DNA from: a virus
Length of the DNA: 64,000 bases
Virus record (IMG/VR): IMGVR_UViG_3300043548_000722
Coordinates: 1 to 64,000 of that record
Reading direction: 5' to 3' (one strand)
The notes beneath the pieces are model-generated. The model ran no database searches. It was not told where the DNA came from and saw nothing but the letters and a program-made list of their open reading frames with translations. Made by a program: the position numbers and the translations under genes. Below are positions 44,001-54,600 of this stretch, one piece after another. Numbering within the stretch: position 1 is the stretch's first letter; each line of letters begins with the position of its first letter.

Positions 44001-46406
44001 ATGCGCTATCAGTTCATTGACACGCCGCTGCCGATGTACGTCTTCTCCGAGGAGGAGGCCAAGAAGCTTGCAGCCCATATGATGACGCTTCCCAGGGTCG
44101 GGTTTGACACCGAGACCACGGGGCTCGATAAGCTCGGTGCGCGGATCAAGTTCTTTTCCTTCGGCTACGAAGGAATGCGGTTTTGCGCCCCAGTACGCCT
44201 GCTTCCGGTGTTCCAGCCTGTTCTGGAGAACCCAGAGATCCGGAAGTGCATGACAAACGCAAAGTTCGACATGCACATGGCCGCCAATCACGGCATTCAC
44301 ATCGCGGGGCACATCTACGACACCGTGTCGATGGACTGGCTTCACGATGAGAACCGACAGGGCCGGCACGGTCTAAAGCAGTGCGCGGCGGACTATCTCG
44401 GCCTCAAGATGGCTCCGTTCTCGGAAGTGTTTGGAGGAGTGGGGACCACAGACAGAGAAGTCGAAACTTTGTGCCGAATGCACGATGCCCTTGAGACTGC
44501 CGATACGTCTCTGGCACTGGAGATCCTGGCGCTGATTGGCCAGATTGACATGGATCCTGATGACCTCGAGGACATGCAGACCGTCTCCAAGAAGCTCGGA
44601 TTGGGGCGAAAGGATCACTCCAAACTTCTGCCGGCTACCAAAGTTCTAAAGATCGCCAGAAAACACGGGCTCTGCCCAACCACTCGCGGAAAGTCTGGCT
44701 ACGTCAGCGATTTTTACGAACTTCTTGGGATGGGCCCCGTCGCGGACAAAGAGCGCGATTCGCACAAGGACGCACTCGTTGATCCGGACGCGCTCATTGA
44801 GGCGCACGAGTTCATTCTCGGGCACTTGGCGAAGGCTTCGGAGAATGAGCTGTCTCCGCTCGACATGATCACGCTGCTTGTCGGTGACTACGCGTCTCTC
44901 GACGCCTGGGCGACATTCAAGCTCACAGAAGAGCTTGAGTCGCTACTCTCGAAAGAGAACATCAACCCCGACATGACATTGCTCGATTACTACAACGACG
45001 TCTCTGCGACGTTCATCCGGATTCTGTGGATGATGGAGCGTCGCGGGTTTCAGCTGGACGTCGATGCGATTCAGGCACTCGCCGCTCCGATGGTCATGGA
45101 CATCGACCGCCTTGAGCGCGAGTTTGTCGCACAAGTCGGCTGGGAGATCAATCCAAACAGCCCGACTCAGCTTGTCGATCTCTTCTTCACAACGAAGGGC
45201 GGACAGTGGCTAGATCCGTTTGGCAATCCCGCACGCAAGCTCAGCAGCGGCGGAACAACGGGCGTGAAGAAGCCCTCAGTCAGCAAGGAGGTCATTGAAG
45301 AATGGGCAGAGAAGGGAAACCCGCTAGCACAACTTCTTCAGGAACACAGAGTCTTGAAGAAATTGCACAGCACCTATATCGACGCATTGCCGAGAACCGT
45401 CGATGCGCGAAGGCGGATCCACACGGACCTCAAGAGCGCGGGAACGGTCACTGGCCGTCTGTCATCCGGAGAGCCAAACCTTCAGAACATTCCGGCTCGT
45501 GGTAACTGGGGCCGCAGAATCCGAGAGTTCTTCATCGCCGGGCAGTGGGGATCTTGCGATGACTGGTATCTGCCGGATGTAGCGCACATTCAGTCCCCGA
45601 AGTATCCGCGCGACCAAGAAATGCTACTGATCGTGGCTGACTACGAGCAGCTCGAAATGCGGATCATGGCTCACATGAGCGAAGATCCCCGGATGATCGA
45701 CACGATTCGCAGCGGCAAGGACCTGCACTCCATGACGGGGGCACTTGCGGTTGGCGCGAACTATGACGACATCGCGGCTGCAAAGAAAGCTGAGCATCCG
45801 ACCAAGGAACAGCTCGAGCTTCTTGAGCTTCGGAGTCAGATGAAGGCAGTCGGCTTCGGACTTCTGTACGGGATCGGCCCCAAGAAGCTTGGCCAACAAC
45901 TTGGCCTGAAGATGGTCAAGAAGTACGGACGAAACGGGATAAACTACGAAACCTGTCCCGAAGCAGAGGAGCTTATCGAGAAGTACTTCTCCATCTACCC
46001 GAAGGTACAAGAGTTCATCGACGACACTCATTACCAGTGCGAAAATGATCTCTTTGTACAGACGATCATTGGGAGGTATCGCCGCCTTCCCGATATCTTG
46101 TCAAAGGAACGTGGCCTGGCGATGCAGGCTCAGCGGCAATCGGTTAACTCAAGAATTCAAGGTTCCGCCGCCGATATTGCCATTCAGGCGATGATCAACT
46201 GTGAGAGTAACGAGGCCCTTCGCGAACTCGGGGTTCGGATGCTGTTGCAGATCCACGACGAGCTCGTGTTCGAGGTTCCGAACATTCCAGACGTTGTCGA
46301 CCAGGCAAAGATCCACATCCGCAGCTGCATGGAGAACCCGTATCCCATGCGCGTTCCCATCCTGATTTCGATGGACTCTGCTCGGTCCTGGGGAGAGGCG
46401 AAGTGA
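44001..46406 (+). CDS. polA: family A DNA polymerase with 3'-5' exonuclease
   Basis: FDTETTGL, NAKFD, YASLDA; TGRLSSGEPNLQNIP, ADYEQLEMR, KAVGFGLLYG, QGSAADI, LLQIHDEL. No 5'-3' exonuclease domain. Confidence 0.97.
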   Translation: MRYQFIDTPLPMYVFSEEEAKKLAAHMMTLPRVGFDTETTGLDKLGARIKFFSFGYEGMRFCAPVRLLPVFQPVLENPEIRKCMTNAKFDMHMAANHGIHIAGHIYDTVSMDWLHDENRQGRHGLKQCAADYLGLKMAPFSEVFGGVGTTDREVETLCRMHDALETADTSLALEILALIGQIDMDPDDLEDMQTVSKKLGLGRKDHSKLLPATKVLKIARKHGLCPTTRGKSGYVSDFYELLGMGPVADKERDSHKDALVDPDALIEAHEFILGHLAKASENELSPLDMITLLVGDYASLDAWATFKLTEELESLLSKENINPDMTLLDYYNDVSATFIRILWMMERRGFQLDVDAIQALAAPMVMDIDRLEREFVAQVGWEINPNSPTQLVDLFFTTKGGQWLDPFGNPARKLSSGGTTGVKKPSVSKEVIEEWAEKGNPLAQLLQEHRVLKKLHSTYIDALPRTVDARRRIHTDLKSAGTVTGRLSSGEPNLQNIPARGNWGRRIREFFIAGQWGSCDDWYLPDVAHIQSPKYPRDQEMLLIVADYEQLEMRIMAHMSEDPRMIDTIRSGKDLHSMTGALAVGANYDDIAAAKKAEHPTKEQLELLELRSQMKAVGFGLLYGIGPKKLGQQLGLKMVKKYGRNGINYETCPEAEELIEKYFSIYPKVQEFIDDTHYQCENDLFVQTIIGRYRRLPDILSKERGLAMQAQRQSVNSRIQGSAADIAIQAMINCESNEALRELGVRMLLQIHDELVFEVPNIPDVVDQAKIHIRSCMENPYPMRVPILISMDSARSWGEAK

Positions 46407-46720
46407 CACAGGCCGAGCTGGAGAGGGCGATCTGCAAGAGGACCGGGCTACCAGACTCGGTCGTTGCGCTCGTGCTCACAACTCTCAAAGACCTGATCTC
46501 GGAGAGCCTCGAAAGACAGCAGGATGTTGTCTTTCGAGGGCTCTTTCGCATCTCATCTCGAGTACGGGAGATCAACTCATTTCAGACTGCTGTCGGTTCG
46601 AACGAGCCCAAGAGGGCCACAGCGTATAAACTTGTCCTGGGGATCCACCCCGTTCCTGCTTTCCGAAAGGAGCTAAACAAATGGACAAGTACGCTGTCGT
46701 CCTCGATGACCAACACGTAA
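46403..46720 (+). CDS. HU/IHF-like DNA-binding protein
   Basis: MTQAELERAICKRTGL...LISESL...VVFRGLFRI pattern. Confidence 0.7.
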   Translation: MTQAELERAICKRTGLPDSVVALVLTTLKDLISESLERQQDVVFRGLFRISSRVREINSFQTAVGSNEPKRATAYKLVLGIHPVPAFRKELNKWTSTLSSSMTNT

Positions 46721-46860
46721 AGACCGCGATGGAGGGCAAGGGCTCGTGCCCTTCCTGCGGCTCAAGAAAAGTCGACAACCGGGGTCTCACTCCGGTCTGT
46801 CCCAACTGCGGCACCCGCCCGTGGGAGAAGCATGGCTCGCGCCAAGAAGGAAGAAAGTAA
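46681..46860 (+). CDS. small Zn-ribbon protein, 59 aa
   Basis: Manual translation MDKYAVVLDDQHVKTAMEGKGSCPSCG...CPNCGTRPWEK...; SD AAGGAG; below the track cutoff. Confidence 0.7.
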   Translation: MDKYAVVLDDQHVKTAMEGKGSCPSCGSRKVDNRGLTPVCPNCGTRPWEKHGSRQEGRK

Positions 46861-47974
46861 CGCTCAGGCGGCCATCAACAAAATCAAGAGCAAGTACCCC
46901 GGCAAGGTCTTCACTGCCGGAGAGTACACGATGCCCTGGAAGGTCAAGAGACTACCGACGGGAGTTCTTGACCTCGACATCGCGCTGGGCGGAGGTCTTC
47001 CTGCCGGCGGGATGACCTTCCTCACCGGCAAGCAGGGAGTTGGAAAGAACTGGCTGGTCAACCAAGTCATTCGCCAGCACCAAGAACGACATGGGGACAA
47101 GACAACGGTCGCCGTCGTCTCGACTGAGATGGTCTACGACAAGGAGTACGCGCAGCTTTGCGGAGTTCGCGTTGCGATGTCGGACATGGAGATCTCCCTC
47201 TTGCGGGATCAGTACGAAGCAAACGATGAGGCCTTCCCCGCAGACTATGAGGAGAAACTCCGCAGGCAGGTCGGTGAGTTCATCACGGTTCCTCCTGCGC
47301 TTGCAGAGGAGTCTCTCCAGATTGCGATCGAGCTAATTGAGACCAGAGAGTTTGACATCGTCGTCATTGACTCCTTCGGATCGTTGCTGACGGAGCACGA
47401 CGAGGAGAGCAATCTCAGCGAGCCGAACCGAGTGGGCGGTGCTGCGCTTCTCAACACGCGCTTTGCGCGCAAACTGAACGCGGCACTCGGTCCTGACAAG
47501 GACGGCAATCCGAACCTCACTTGTGTCATCGGGATCAACCAGGTCCGCGACAACACCGACCGCGCCAACAAGTACTCCCCAAAGACAGTTGAGGCGGGAG
47601 GATGGGCACTCAAGCACGCGCGCTGGGTCACGATTGAGATGTCGCCGCAGGCGAAGGTCCGCGATGGTGACCTCACCACTGGAAAGACAGTGCGGTGGGA
47701 GATCACCAAGCAGAAGGCTGGAGGTCACGAAGGAGCCTCTGGCACCTACGACTACCTGTTCAAGCACACGGGCATCAATCGCGCAGCGCACTCGATTGCT
47801 GTTGCGGCCGATTACGAAGTCATGTCGAGAAAGGGGGCCTGGTACTTCTACCAAGGTCAGCAGATTGGGCAGGGACTCGATTCAGCGGTGAAGTTCGTCC
47901 TCGACAATGGGCTTCTCCAGAAGATTGAAGACGACACGATGCGAGCGGCGGGCATCCGCTGCTCGTACGGGTGA
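46832..47974 (+). CDS. recA: RecA-like recombinase
   Basis: PTGVLDLDIALGGGLP, GKQGVGKN, VVIDSFGSL, INQVRD, GGWALKH, KGAWYFY. Confidence 0.92.
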   Translation: MARAKKEESNAQAAINKIKSKYPGKVFTAGEYTMPWKVKRLPTGVLDLDIALGGGLPAGGMTFLTGKQGVGKNWLVNQVIRQHQERHGDKTTVAVVSTEMVYDKEYAQLCGVRVAMSDMEISLLRDQYEANDEAFPADYEEKLRRQVGEFITVPPALAEESLQIAIELIETREFDIVVIDSFGSLLTEHDEESNLSEPNRVGGAALLNTRFARKLNAALGPDKDGNPNLTCVIGINQVRDNTDRANKYSPKTVEAGGWALKHARWVTIEMSPQAKVRDGDLTTGKTVRWEITKQKAGGHEGASGTYDYLFKHTGINRAAHSIAVAADYEVMSRKGAWYFYQGQQIGQGLDSAVKFVLDNGLLQKIEDDTMRAAGIRCSYG

Positions 47975-48441
47975 GCCGGAGGCCAACGTGCCCCGTCTGT
48001 AGCGGAGTCAATCTGGTTCCGTGGTCGTTGGGAAAGGTCCGCTGTCGCACATGCGACCGGGCCTTTCCCCGCCACGAGATCCAGTCCGAGGAGTACGTTC
48101 CTCGGGCTCCGCGAAGCCAAAGCACTCGCGCTCAGGCTGACAAGCAGGAGCGTCGAGTTGCTAAGGACCTCGGGGCACGCCAAACGATTGCATCCGGGCA
48201 GACGCCCGTGGACAAAGGAGACATCAAGTCGGACCTGGTTCGTGTGGAATGTAAATACACCGATAGTAAGTCATACTCTCTAAAGGCAGCGGATTTAGTC
48301 AAGATTGCCGGGCAGGCAACCAAGGACCAAATTCCACTGTTCTATGTTGAGTTCAGGACTGAGGGGGAAGGCTACTACGTCATCCCTGAGCACTGGTTCC
48401 TTCAACTTCTCGAGAAGTACAAAGATGATCAGGACGATTAA
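47971..48441 (+). CDS. Hjc-like PD-(D/E)XK Holliday junction resolvase with N-terminal Zn ribbon
   Basis: QERRVAK, ASG, KGD, VECK. Confidence 0.75.
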   Translation: MSRRPTCPVCSGVNLVPWSLGKVRCRTCDRAFPRHEIQSEEYVPRAPRSQSTRAQADKQERRVAKDLGARQTIASGQTPVDKGDIKSDLVRVECKYTDSKSYSLKAADLVKIAGQATKDQIPLFYVEFRTEGEGYYVIPEHWFLQLLEKYKDDQDD

Positions 48442-49234
48442 GGACCTTGAGGGTCTCTCTGCCGAAGAGATTGAGGCCGTGCGCAAAAGCATCAACATGC
48501 GCTGCTACTACTACATGGGCGTGAAGAAGTTGGGCCAGCAGGAGGGCATGACGCTCACCGAATACACGGCATGGAAGGCAATTCCGGCGGATGAACCTTG
48601 CCGTGCCTGCCACGGGACCGGAACCTGGAAGAAGCCCGAGCGCAGCGTGGGCACGATTCACGCAAGCTCGGCGGCCTCCTGTGTTCGCCGCCTCTACTAC
48701 GATGTCGATGCAAGCATTCGTCCCAAGTCAGTGATCTCCCCAGAGTTGCAGATCACCTTCGCGATGGGCCACGCGATTCACGATGTTGTGCAGAAGGCGC
48801 TGCATGCCGCGCTGCCTGGTAAGTTCGCGGATGAGATGACGGTCGATCTGGACGAGGCGATGGTACTCGGCAGTCACACGGACGGCGTCGCCGAGATTGA
48901 GCAGGCTCGGGTCCTCGTCGAGATCAAAAGTATTGGCAAAGAATTCGACACGCTCGTGAAGCCGAAGGACGATCACATTACGCAGGCTGTGGCCATCTAC
49001 GCCAAGGCCCTCGAAGTCCCGTTCATCAGCTTCTTGTATGTCAGCAAGTCGTGGCCCCACAACGTCAAAGAATTTGTGATGGTCTACGACGAGAAGTACT
49101 ACCGCAGATGGTGGAAGAACAAGGGCCAGGTCGTAGACCTTGCGCTTGAGAAGGGGGAACCTCCGATCGCCGATGCGTCAAAGGACGATTGCGGGTTCTG
49201 CCCGTATTCCTATCACTGCCCTCAAAAGCTGTGA
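48425..49234 (+). CDS. Cas4-like / RecB-type PD-(D/E)XK exonuclease
   Basis: SCVRRLYY, GHAIH, TDG, EIKS, Q-x3-Y, CGFCPY..HC Fe-S staple; start reassigned from 48305. Confidence 0.85.
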   Translation: MIRTIKDLEGLSAEEIEAVRKSINMRCYYYMGVKKLGQQEGMTLTEYTAWKAIPADEPCRACHGTGTWKKPERSVGTIHASSAASCVRRLYYDVDASIRPKSVISPELQITFAMGHAIHDVVQKALHAALPGKFADEMTVDLDEAMVLGSHTDGVAEIEQARVLVEIKSIGKEFDTLVKPKDDHITQAVAIYAKALEVPFISFLYVSKSWPHNVKEFVMVYDEKYYRRWWKNKGQVVDLALEKGEPPIADASKDDCGFCPYSYHCPQKL

Positions 49235-49242
49235 GGTGAAGG

Positions 49243-49788
49243 ATGACGAAGCGCGCAGCCACGGACTTTACCGTAACCCTGGAAGACGGGGAAGAGATGT
49301 ACTCGGGGGCCGCAGATCGGGCTCTCCAAAGAATTGAGAAGCTTGGCCTGGAGATCCCTGCGCGCCCCGTCGATTCCAGCGGACAGCCGTTCGATGGAAG
49401 GCTCCCGTCAAACGTGGCGGACTTCACCACGAGGGAACTGGCGGAAGTCTACACCTTGATGTGTAACTACGCGGATTATCTTGAGAACCTCCACACGGTC
49501 GCACGCGCAGAGGTTCTCAACTCCGACCGCCGTCTCAAACTGACCAAGGCGCTGGTCCGCAAGACCAAGCCGGGCACAGCACAGGAAAAAGACGACCAGT
49601 GCCTCACGGATGTTCGGTACATCGAGGCGGACGTGGCCTACGTGGAGGCTGCGACCTACCAGGAACTCCTGGAAGGGTTGGCCAAGGCGGCGTCGCGGGA
49701 TCGGTCGGTCCTCAGCCGGCTGATTGAGACAAAGAAGATGGAGCTGGACAATAAGCGGAGGGACAACAATGCTCGAGTATACCGATAG
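49243..49788 (+). CDS. putative UvsY-like recombination mediator
   Basis: All-helical; D-x2-Y...LSR C-terminal pattern; located in the recombination cluster. Confidence 0.4.
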   Translation: MTKRAATDFTVTLEDGEEMYSGAADRALQRIEKLGLEIPARPVDSSGQPFDGRLPSNVADFTTRELAEVYTLMCNYADYLENLHTVARAEVLNSDRRLKLTKALVRKTKPGTAQEKDDQCLTDVRYIEADVAYVEAATYQELLEGLAKAASRDRSVLSRLIETKKMELDNKRRDNNARVYR

Positions 49789-50251
49789 TCTGAGGTTGTG
49801 GGTCCCCTTCCTCCCTCCGTCCGAAAACCGGATCCGCGTTCATCGGAGACAGGGCGGCCAGGTCTATTCGAAGGAAGCACGCGACTTTCAGACGCTTTTC
49901 GCAGATCATCTGCGGACTTCCTTCTTCACTGACTTGGCCGCGTTCGTCCAAGGTCATACAGAGAAGAGCCTGTATGTGCTCCGGATGGTGTTCCACTTCG
50001 ACACTGTCATCAACAGTGGATGGGCTAAAAACCAAGCAAAAACACTCTATAAGAAGTTTGACGTGGGCAATCGACGTAAGTTGATTGAAGACTGCCTCTC
50101 CACTGCGCTCGACATTGACGACTCAGTGTTCTTCGAGGTGCAGCTTGTGAAGCGCATGAGCCAGACTGGGGAGGGTGTTGAGATCCTTCTTACCCGTGCT
50201 CCTCCGTCTTCCTTCGGAGTCCCAGATGTCAGACGAATTCAACAAAAGTGA
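49769..50251 (+). CDS. RusA-like endonuclease
   Basis: PPSENR, DVGNRRKLIEDCL, IDDS; SD GGAGG. Confidence 0.75.
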   Translation: MLEYTDSLRLWVPFLPPSENRIRVHRRQGGQVYSKEARDFQTLFADHLRTSFFTDLAAFVQGHTEKSLYVLRMVFHFDTVINSGWAKNQAKTLYKKFDVGNRRKLIEDCLSTALDIDDSVFFEVQLVKRMSQTGEGVEILLTRAPPSSFGVPDVRRIQQK

Positions 50252-50519
50252 GCTGATTGAGCTCTTGCGCGAAGAAGGTCATGGGAATATCAGCAGAGGA
50301 AATGGGATCCCAAGACTGATTGCTGCGCTCGAAGATGAGGAAGATCCGGAGCCCTGCCCGCTGGAGGGAAGACGCTCTACGATGGAGAAGCACATCCGGC
50401 GGAACTGGACCCGAATACGGACCCAGCTTCCGCGCTGCAACGGGAAGTGCACAGTATTCGGCTGTCCAGACGCTATTGTCATTGGCTGCTGGCTGAGATT
50501 CAAGGACGAAATAATATGA
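50226..50519 (+). CDS. small Cys-containing hypothetical protein
   Basis: MSDEFNKSELIELL...CNGKC..FGC...CW. Confidence 0.55.
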   Translation: MSDEFNKSELIELLREEGHGNISRGNGIPRLIAALEDEEDPEPCPLEGRRSTMEKHIRRNWTRIRTQLPRCNGKCTVFGCPDAIVIGCWLRFKDEII

Positions 50520-51424
50520 CTTGGGAACCGTGCGTTACCTGCGCTCGGGTCTCAAAGTGTGGAGACGTTGATCACAACCTCCTCCTCGAAGGGGGAGGTT
50601 GTTCTCTCCACGAGCCTGCACACGAAGGCATCGTACGCGCCCGCCTTCGCATCATGGACGAGTTTGGCGCACTCGCAATACCGACAAAGAAGAACCTAAA
50701 AGACGGAGTCATCACAATGGCTGGTACTGTTTCATCTACGGCCGCATCGAAGCGTAACCTCCGTGCCCTGGGCAAAGTCCTGGGGGTTGTTCCCAAGGGC
50801 GGCGCCAGCTTCAAGCTGTCGGCCGAAGAGATCTGCACGATGATCAAGGAGAGCGGCGACCCGCGCTTCATCAATCTTGAGAAGATGAGCGATGAGGAGG
50901 TCGCGGCCATCACGGAAGAACTCGGTGGTGAAGAGGGTGGTGAGGAGACTGCCGCCGCCGCTCCCGCACCGACGCCCGCTCCCGCTGCCCCGGCCGCGAA
51001 GAAGCCGACGGCACCGGCCCCTGCTGCGCGTGCTTCTGCTCGCTCCAAGCCGGAACCCGAGGCTGAGGCTGAGGAAGAGACCGAAGCTCCGGCGCCGCGT
51101 GCTCCGCAGCGTCCTGCTCCGGCTCCCGTTGCGCCGCTCCGTCCCGATGCGAAGCGTCCGGCGGCCCCTGTCCGGCCGGCGGCCCCTGCTGCCTCGGCAC
51201 CCACCAGCGGCCTGTCGGCCGACCTCAGCAAGCTTGAGGAGATGGTGATGGTCATCGGGAAGGCGGGCGATGCTCGTGATCTCGCGCTCAAGAACATCAT
51301 CACCACGCTCAACCAGCTGGCCGAGAAGGTGGAGGCGATCGACGCTCATCTCGCCTACCAGTACAACGCGAGCGTCGAGCCGGGAAACGAGATCAAGTCT
51401 CTGACCGAGGTAAGCTGGATCTGA
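50516..51424 (+). CDS. hypothetical protein with N-terminal Cys cluster, Pro/Ala linker and coiled coil
   Basis: CVTC...C...C; long PAAP-rich region; biased codons. Confidence 0.65.
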   Translation: MTWEPCVTCARVSKCGDVDHNLLLEGGGCSLHEPAHEGIVRARLRIMDEFGALAIPTKKNLKDGVITMAGTVSSTAASKRNLRALGKVLGVVPKGGASFKLSAEEICTMIKESGDPRFINLEKMSDEEVAAITEELGGEEGGEETAAAAPAPTPAPAAPAAKKPTAPAPAARASARSKPEPEAEAEEETEAPAPRAPQRPAPAPVAPLRPDAKRPAAPVRPAAPAASAPTSGLSADLSKLEEMVMVIGKAGDARDLALKNIITTLNQLAEKVEAIDAHLAYQYNASVEPGNEIKSLTEVSWI

Positions 51425-51564
51425 TTGAGATCCTGTCTGACCGGCTGGAGACGATGGGTCTCGACGAGATCTTCGAGATCATCACCGCCGCAGGGTACGG
51501 AGTGCGGCGAAAAGGGCTGACCCACGAGCAAGTCAAACGGCTCTTGATCAGTCTGACCGCATAG
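51415..51564 (+). CDS. possible small helical protein (49 aa, CTG start)
   Basis: SD GAGG, then an open frame (M)DLIEILSDRLETMGLDEIFEIITAAGYGVRRKGLTHEQVKRLLISLTA that fills the gap to the terminator. Confidence 0.35.
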   Translation: MDLIEILSDRLETMGLDEIFEIITAAGYGVRRKGLTHEQVKRLLISLTA

Positions 51565-51568
51565 GTCA

Positions 51569-51601
51569 AGGGGGACTCCTCACGGAGTCCCCCTCTTTTT
51601 T
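51569..51601 (+). terminator. intrinsic terminator ending the replication unit
   Basis: AGGGGGACTCC-TCAC-GGAGTCCCCCT followed by CTTTTTT, at the convergent junction. Confidence 0.85.
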
Positions 51602-54600
51602 AGCCCCAACCCTTGTCGCCTGCTCGATCCGTGAGCCAGCCGATACGCGCCCCACGAAACTTTACATTCGGCGGGTACATTGTAGAGATTGCTCGATGCG
51701 CCCAGTTTGTGTCTCCGTCAACGAAGGGACCTGGGTCAGATGTCCCAACTGCAATCGCCTTTCCAAACTTCCCGAACGAGAACGCGACTGCCTCCGCCAG
51801 GGTGCTGACCGTTGTGGTGGTAGGCTGATACTGCGGCTGCACTATTACCGGAAAGTCAAACGACGAATCCGGAGACACTGAAGTAAGGCCAACGGCATCC
51901 GACAAGTTGAAAGGAAGCACCTCTCCTGTGCCGAGCGCGTTTGGCGTTCTCCTGGGGCCGCCAATGAACCGGATGACAAGTGCGTATGCAAAATGCCTGC
52001 GGTCTACACGAAGCGCCGCGGCTGAGATCGCCTCGTCAGGTAGGTGCAGTCTCTTCTTAACGAAGTATTCCTTTCGCGCGAACACACTAAGAGGAGAGGA
52101 CCCGATGAAGGGGGCGGAGTATTCCCACGCTTCTTCGACCTCGTTGGTCGCGTCTGCATTGTCGCCAACTGCGGGCAAATCCACTTCGCCAGACCAGATA
52201 ATCTCCCCAAACCCGAACTCGGGCTCGTGTTCGTTCCATCTCGCAAAATCATCCTGATCGAACGCCGTATCCAGGGTATTGAACCTCCAGAGCTCTACGA
52301 GCACTCCGGCATTAGGCTCCCACTGTGAGACATCAGACACCTCCTCGAAGGTAGCGCCACTACCAATCTTCCAGAAGATCTCAGGAGCTCTCTTGTAGAT
52401 TCCCCAACAAGTACTTGAGCTCGGGCGCATGCTTAGAGAAATTGAAACCTCTGAGAGTACGGAGCCGTGAGGGGCATCGACCGGCATCGTAAAGCCGACA
52501 AACCCAGGGGGAATGAACGAGTCCCTAGGAATATCTACATCATTAACGCTCCAGGACGAGTTCACTGTCAGGTGTCCGTGGAGCGCGTACCAAAGAGGAT
52601 CAAACGCTGCCGTATACAACGTGATTGTGGCAGAGTTGACCCCGATATCGAACAGCCTGTACATGTCTACTGATGGCCTGATCCATCGATCCTCGGGGAT
52701 AGAGTTGATCAGGCTTTCAATGAGATCCCCCTGTCCAGCTGACAGGGTCTCCCGTATAGAGGCACATTCACCTCGGAGGGCATACGCCGCGTTGACTAGA
52801 GCAACATAGAATTCTTCATTTCTACTTACGACCCTGGGCTCAGTGTCTTCGTACTGCCTAATAGCTGCCGAAGCCAGTTTTTCGCAGGTAGCAAGAAACT
52901 CCATAAAGGCCTCCGATACCGCGGTATCCAACGGATCTGCGGTATGGGCGCTGTCCAAAACAACCCAGGCGGCGTCTGCGTCCTCGTATGCCGTACCCCA
53001 GGAAAACTTCAGGATTTCCGAGGAAGCATCTGGCATCGGCTCTAACATCAATGTACGTAGATTATTTCCATATGTCCATGCATTTGCCGGGCTCGGTTGT
53101 CCGGAGGTATCAGACAAAATCTGTTGCGTTGTCTTAACTCCTAAGATTGTTTGAGAGTTCACAGTACGTAGCAGACCAGGACCTCCCCGCAGCTCTTGCA
53201 TACCCATCGAGTACGTTGAAGTTGGAGGGGTGAACGATGTGGAAGTGCTCAAGTCGTAGTCACGCTGCCAGCCCATGTTCACGCCGTAATCCTGCCCACC
53301 AAGCAACTTGGTATCGGCAGGACCAAGCGTCTGGTAGCCCTTTACGGCATTGGCAAACCGGAACCCATGCGCGGCAACGTGGCCCGAAGTAAGTACCGGA
53401 CCGCTAACCTTCAGTGGGTCCGTGTCGTGCTGGACGGAGATCTCCTGGAACGCCATGTACGTCGAGGTAGTCGGATCAGCCGGGACCGTAATCTGGAGAA
53501 ATAACTCCTCGTCAAGCCTGCTCTCCTGAAGCGCGCTTGAGGCACGATCCACAACCCCATTGACCGCGAGCGTGGCTTCGTAGGATCGAATCTCCACCGC
53601 GCCAGAAGACACAAAGCTCACTACGGATACCGAGTCCGAGGCGACTGTCGTTCCTGACGCGGTCACCATGGCGAGTCCGACAGTCACAGGAGCCGCAGTG
53701 CCTCCCGATGCCGCACGCAGACGAATCTTGAGACGAAGGTGGTCCTTCCAGATGTATCGACGCCCGCGCTGGCGAAGGACTGTTGCCGTAGCTGCTCTAG
53801 TCACGATTAGTGTGCCGCCGTGTGTGGGCTGGTAGCTGAGGGCTCCGCCCAGACCCACCTTGCGGATGTCGGTCAACGCAAAGTCGGAGGCCGTGGTATC
53901 CACAGTCTCGTCGGCATAAAATGGAGGGCGAGGCTCATTTGAGTACGTCGCCCACGGAGTCGTGTGGTGAGGCGACTCGGCGCTTCCGGACCATGCGGAC
54001 GACTCAAAAAGAAGCGGTGCTGAGATAGGGTCGTAGTCTTCGGCAGCCCCAATCCCTGCACCATCTGTGGTCAGCGCCCATTGTACGAATGAGAGCGTCT
54101 TTGAGTTTCCGGAGCGGTCAACCGTGCTGTCCGCGCGTTCATCCAGAGAGTTTGAGTCAGAGGACAGCAGTGGAAGCTGGTCAAGAGTCTTGAGCGCCTG
54201 ATAGGTGCCGACCTGCATCCAGTCCGCAATGTCTATGTAGGAGCGGTGCCATCGCAGGCCGTGCAGCCGGAAGTCAGCTCCGGCCGCAGGCGTGATCGCA
54301 ACATCTCCGCCCAGTGCAAAGAAGATATCGGTTCCGTCGCTCTCCACTGCCAAAATCGCATATCTTTCGCCAGTGGAAATAACCTCAACGATGCAGCCAA
54401 CCCACGAGGACGCCGGCCCCGGCAGGGCTCCGACTCCGAGAGACGAGACCGCGAGCACTCCTGCATGGGCAAGATTGAAGCGAGTGTAGTCGGAGGCAGT
54501 GAAGTCTCCTATCGGGTCGCTGTCCGTCTCATTGGCAGGGCGGATAATCCCCGGCCTTCCCAAAGTAGTCGGAGCTGCCCAGTAGGAAGAGCTCGAGGGG

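Noticed and set aside
48425-49234. CRISPR-Cas system suggested by the Cas4-like gene
   Set aside because: No cas1/cas2, effector genes or repeat-spacer array seen; solo Cas4-like nucleases are common in phage replication modules.
37408-51424. Scattered K-x-A tripeptides in replication proteins as processing sites
   Set aside because: The tripeptide is expected a few times per protein by chance; only about one KxAS was seen in this block.
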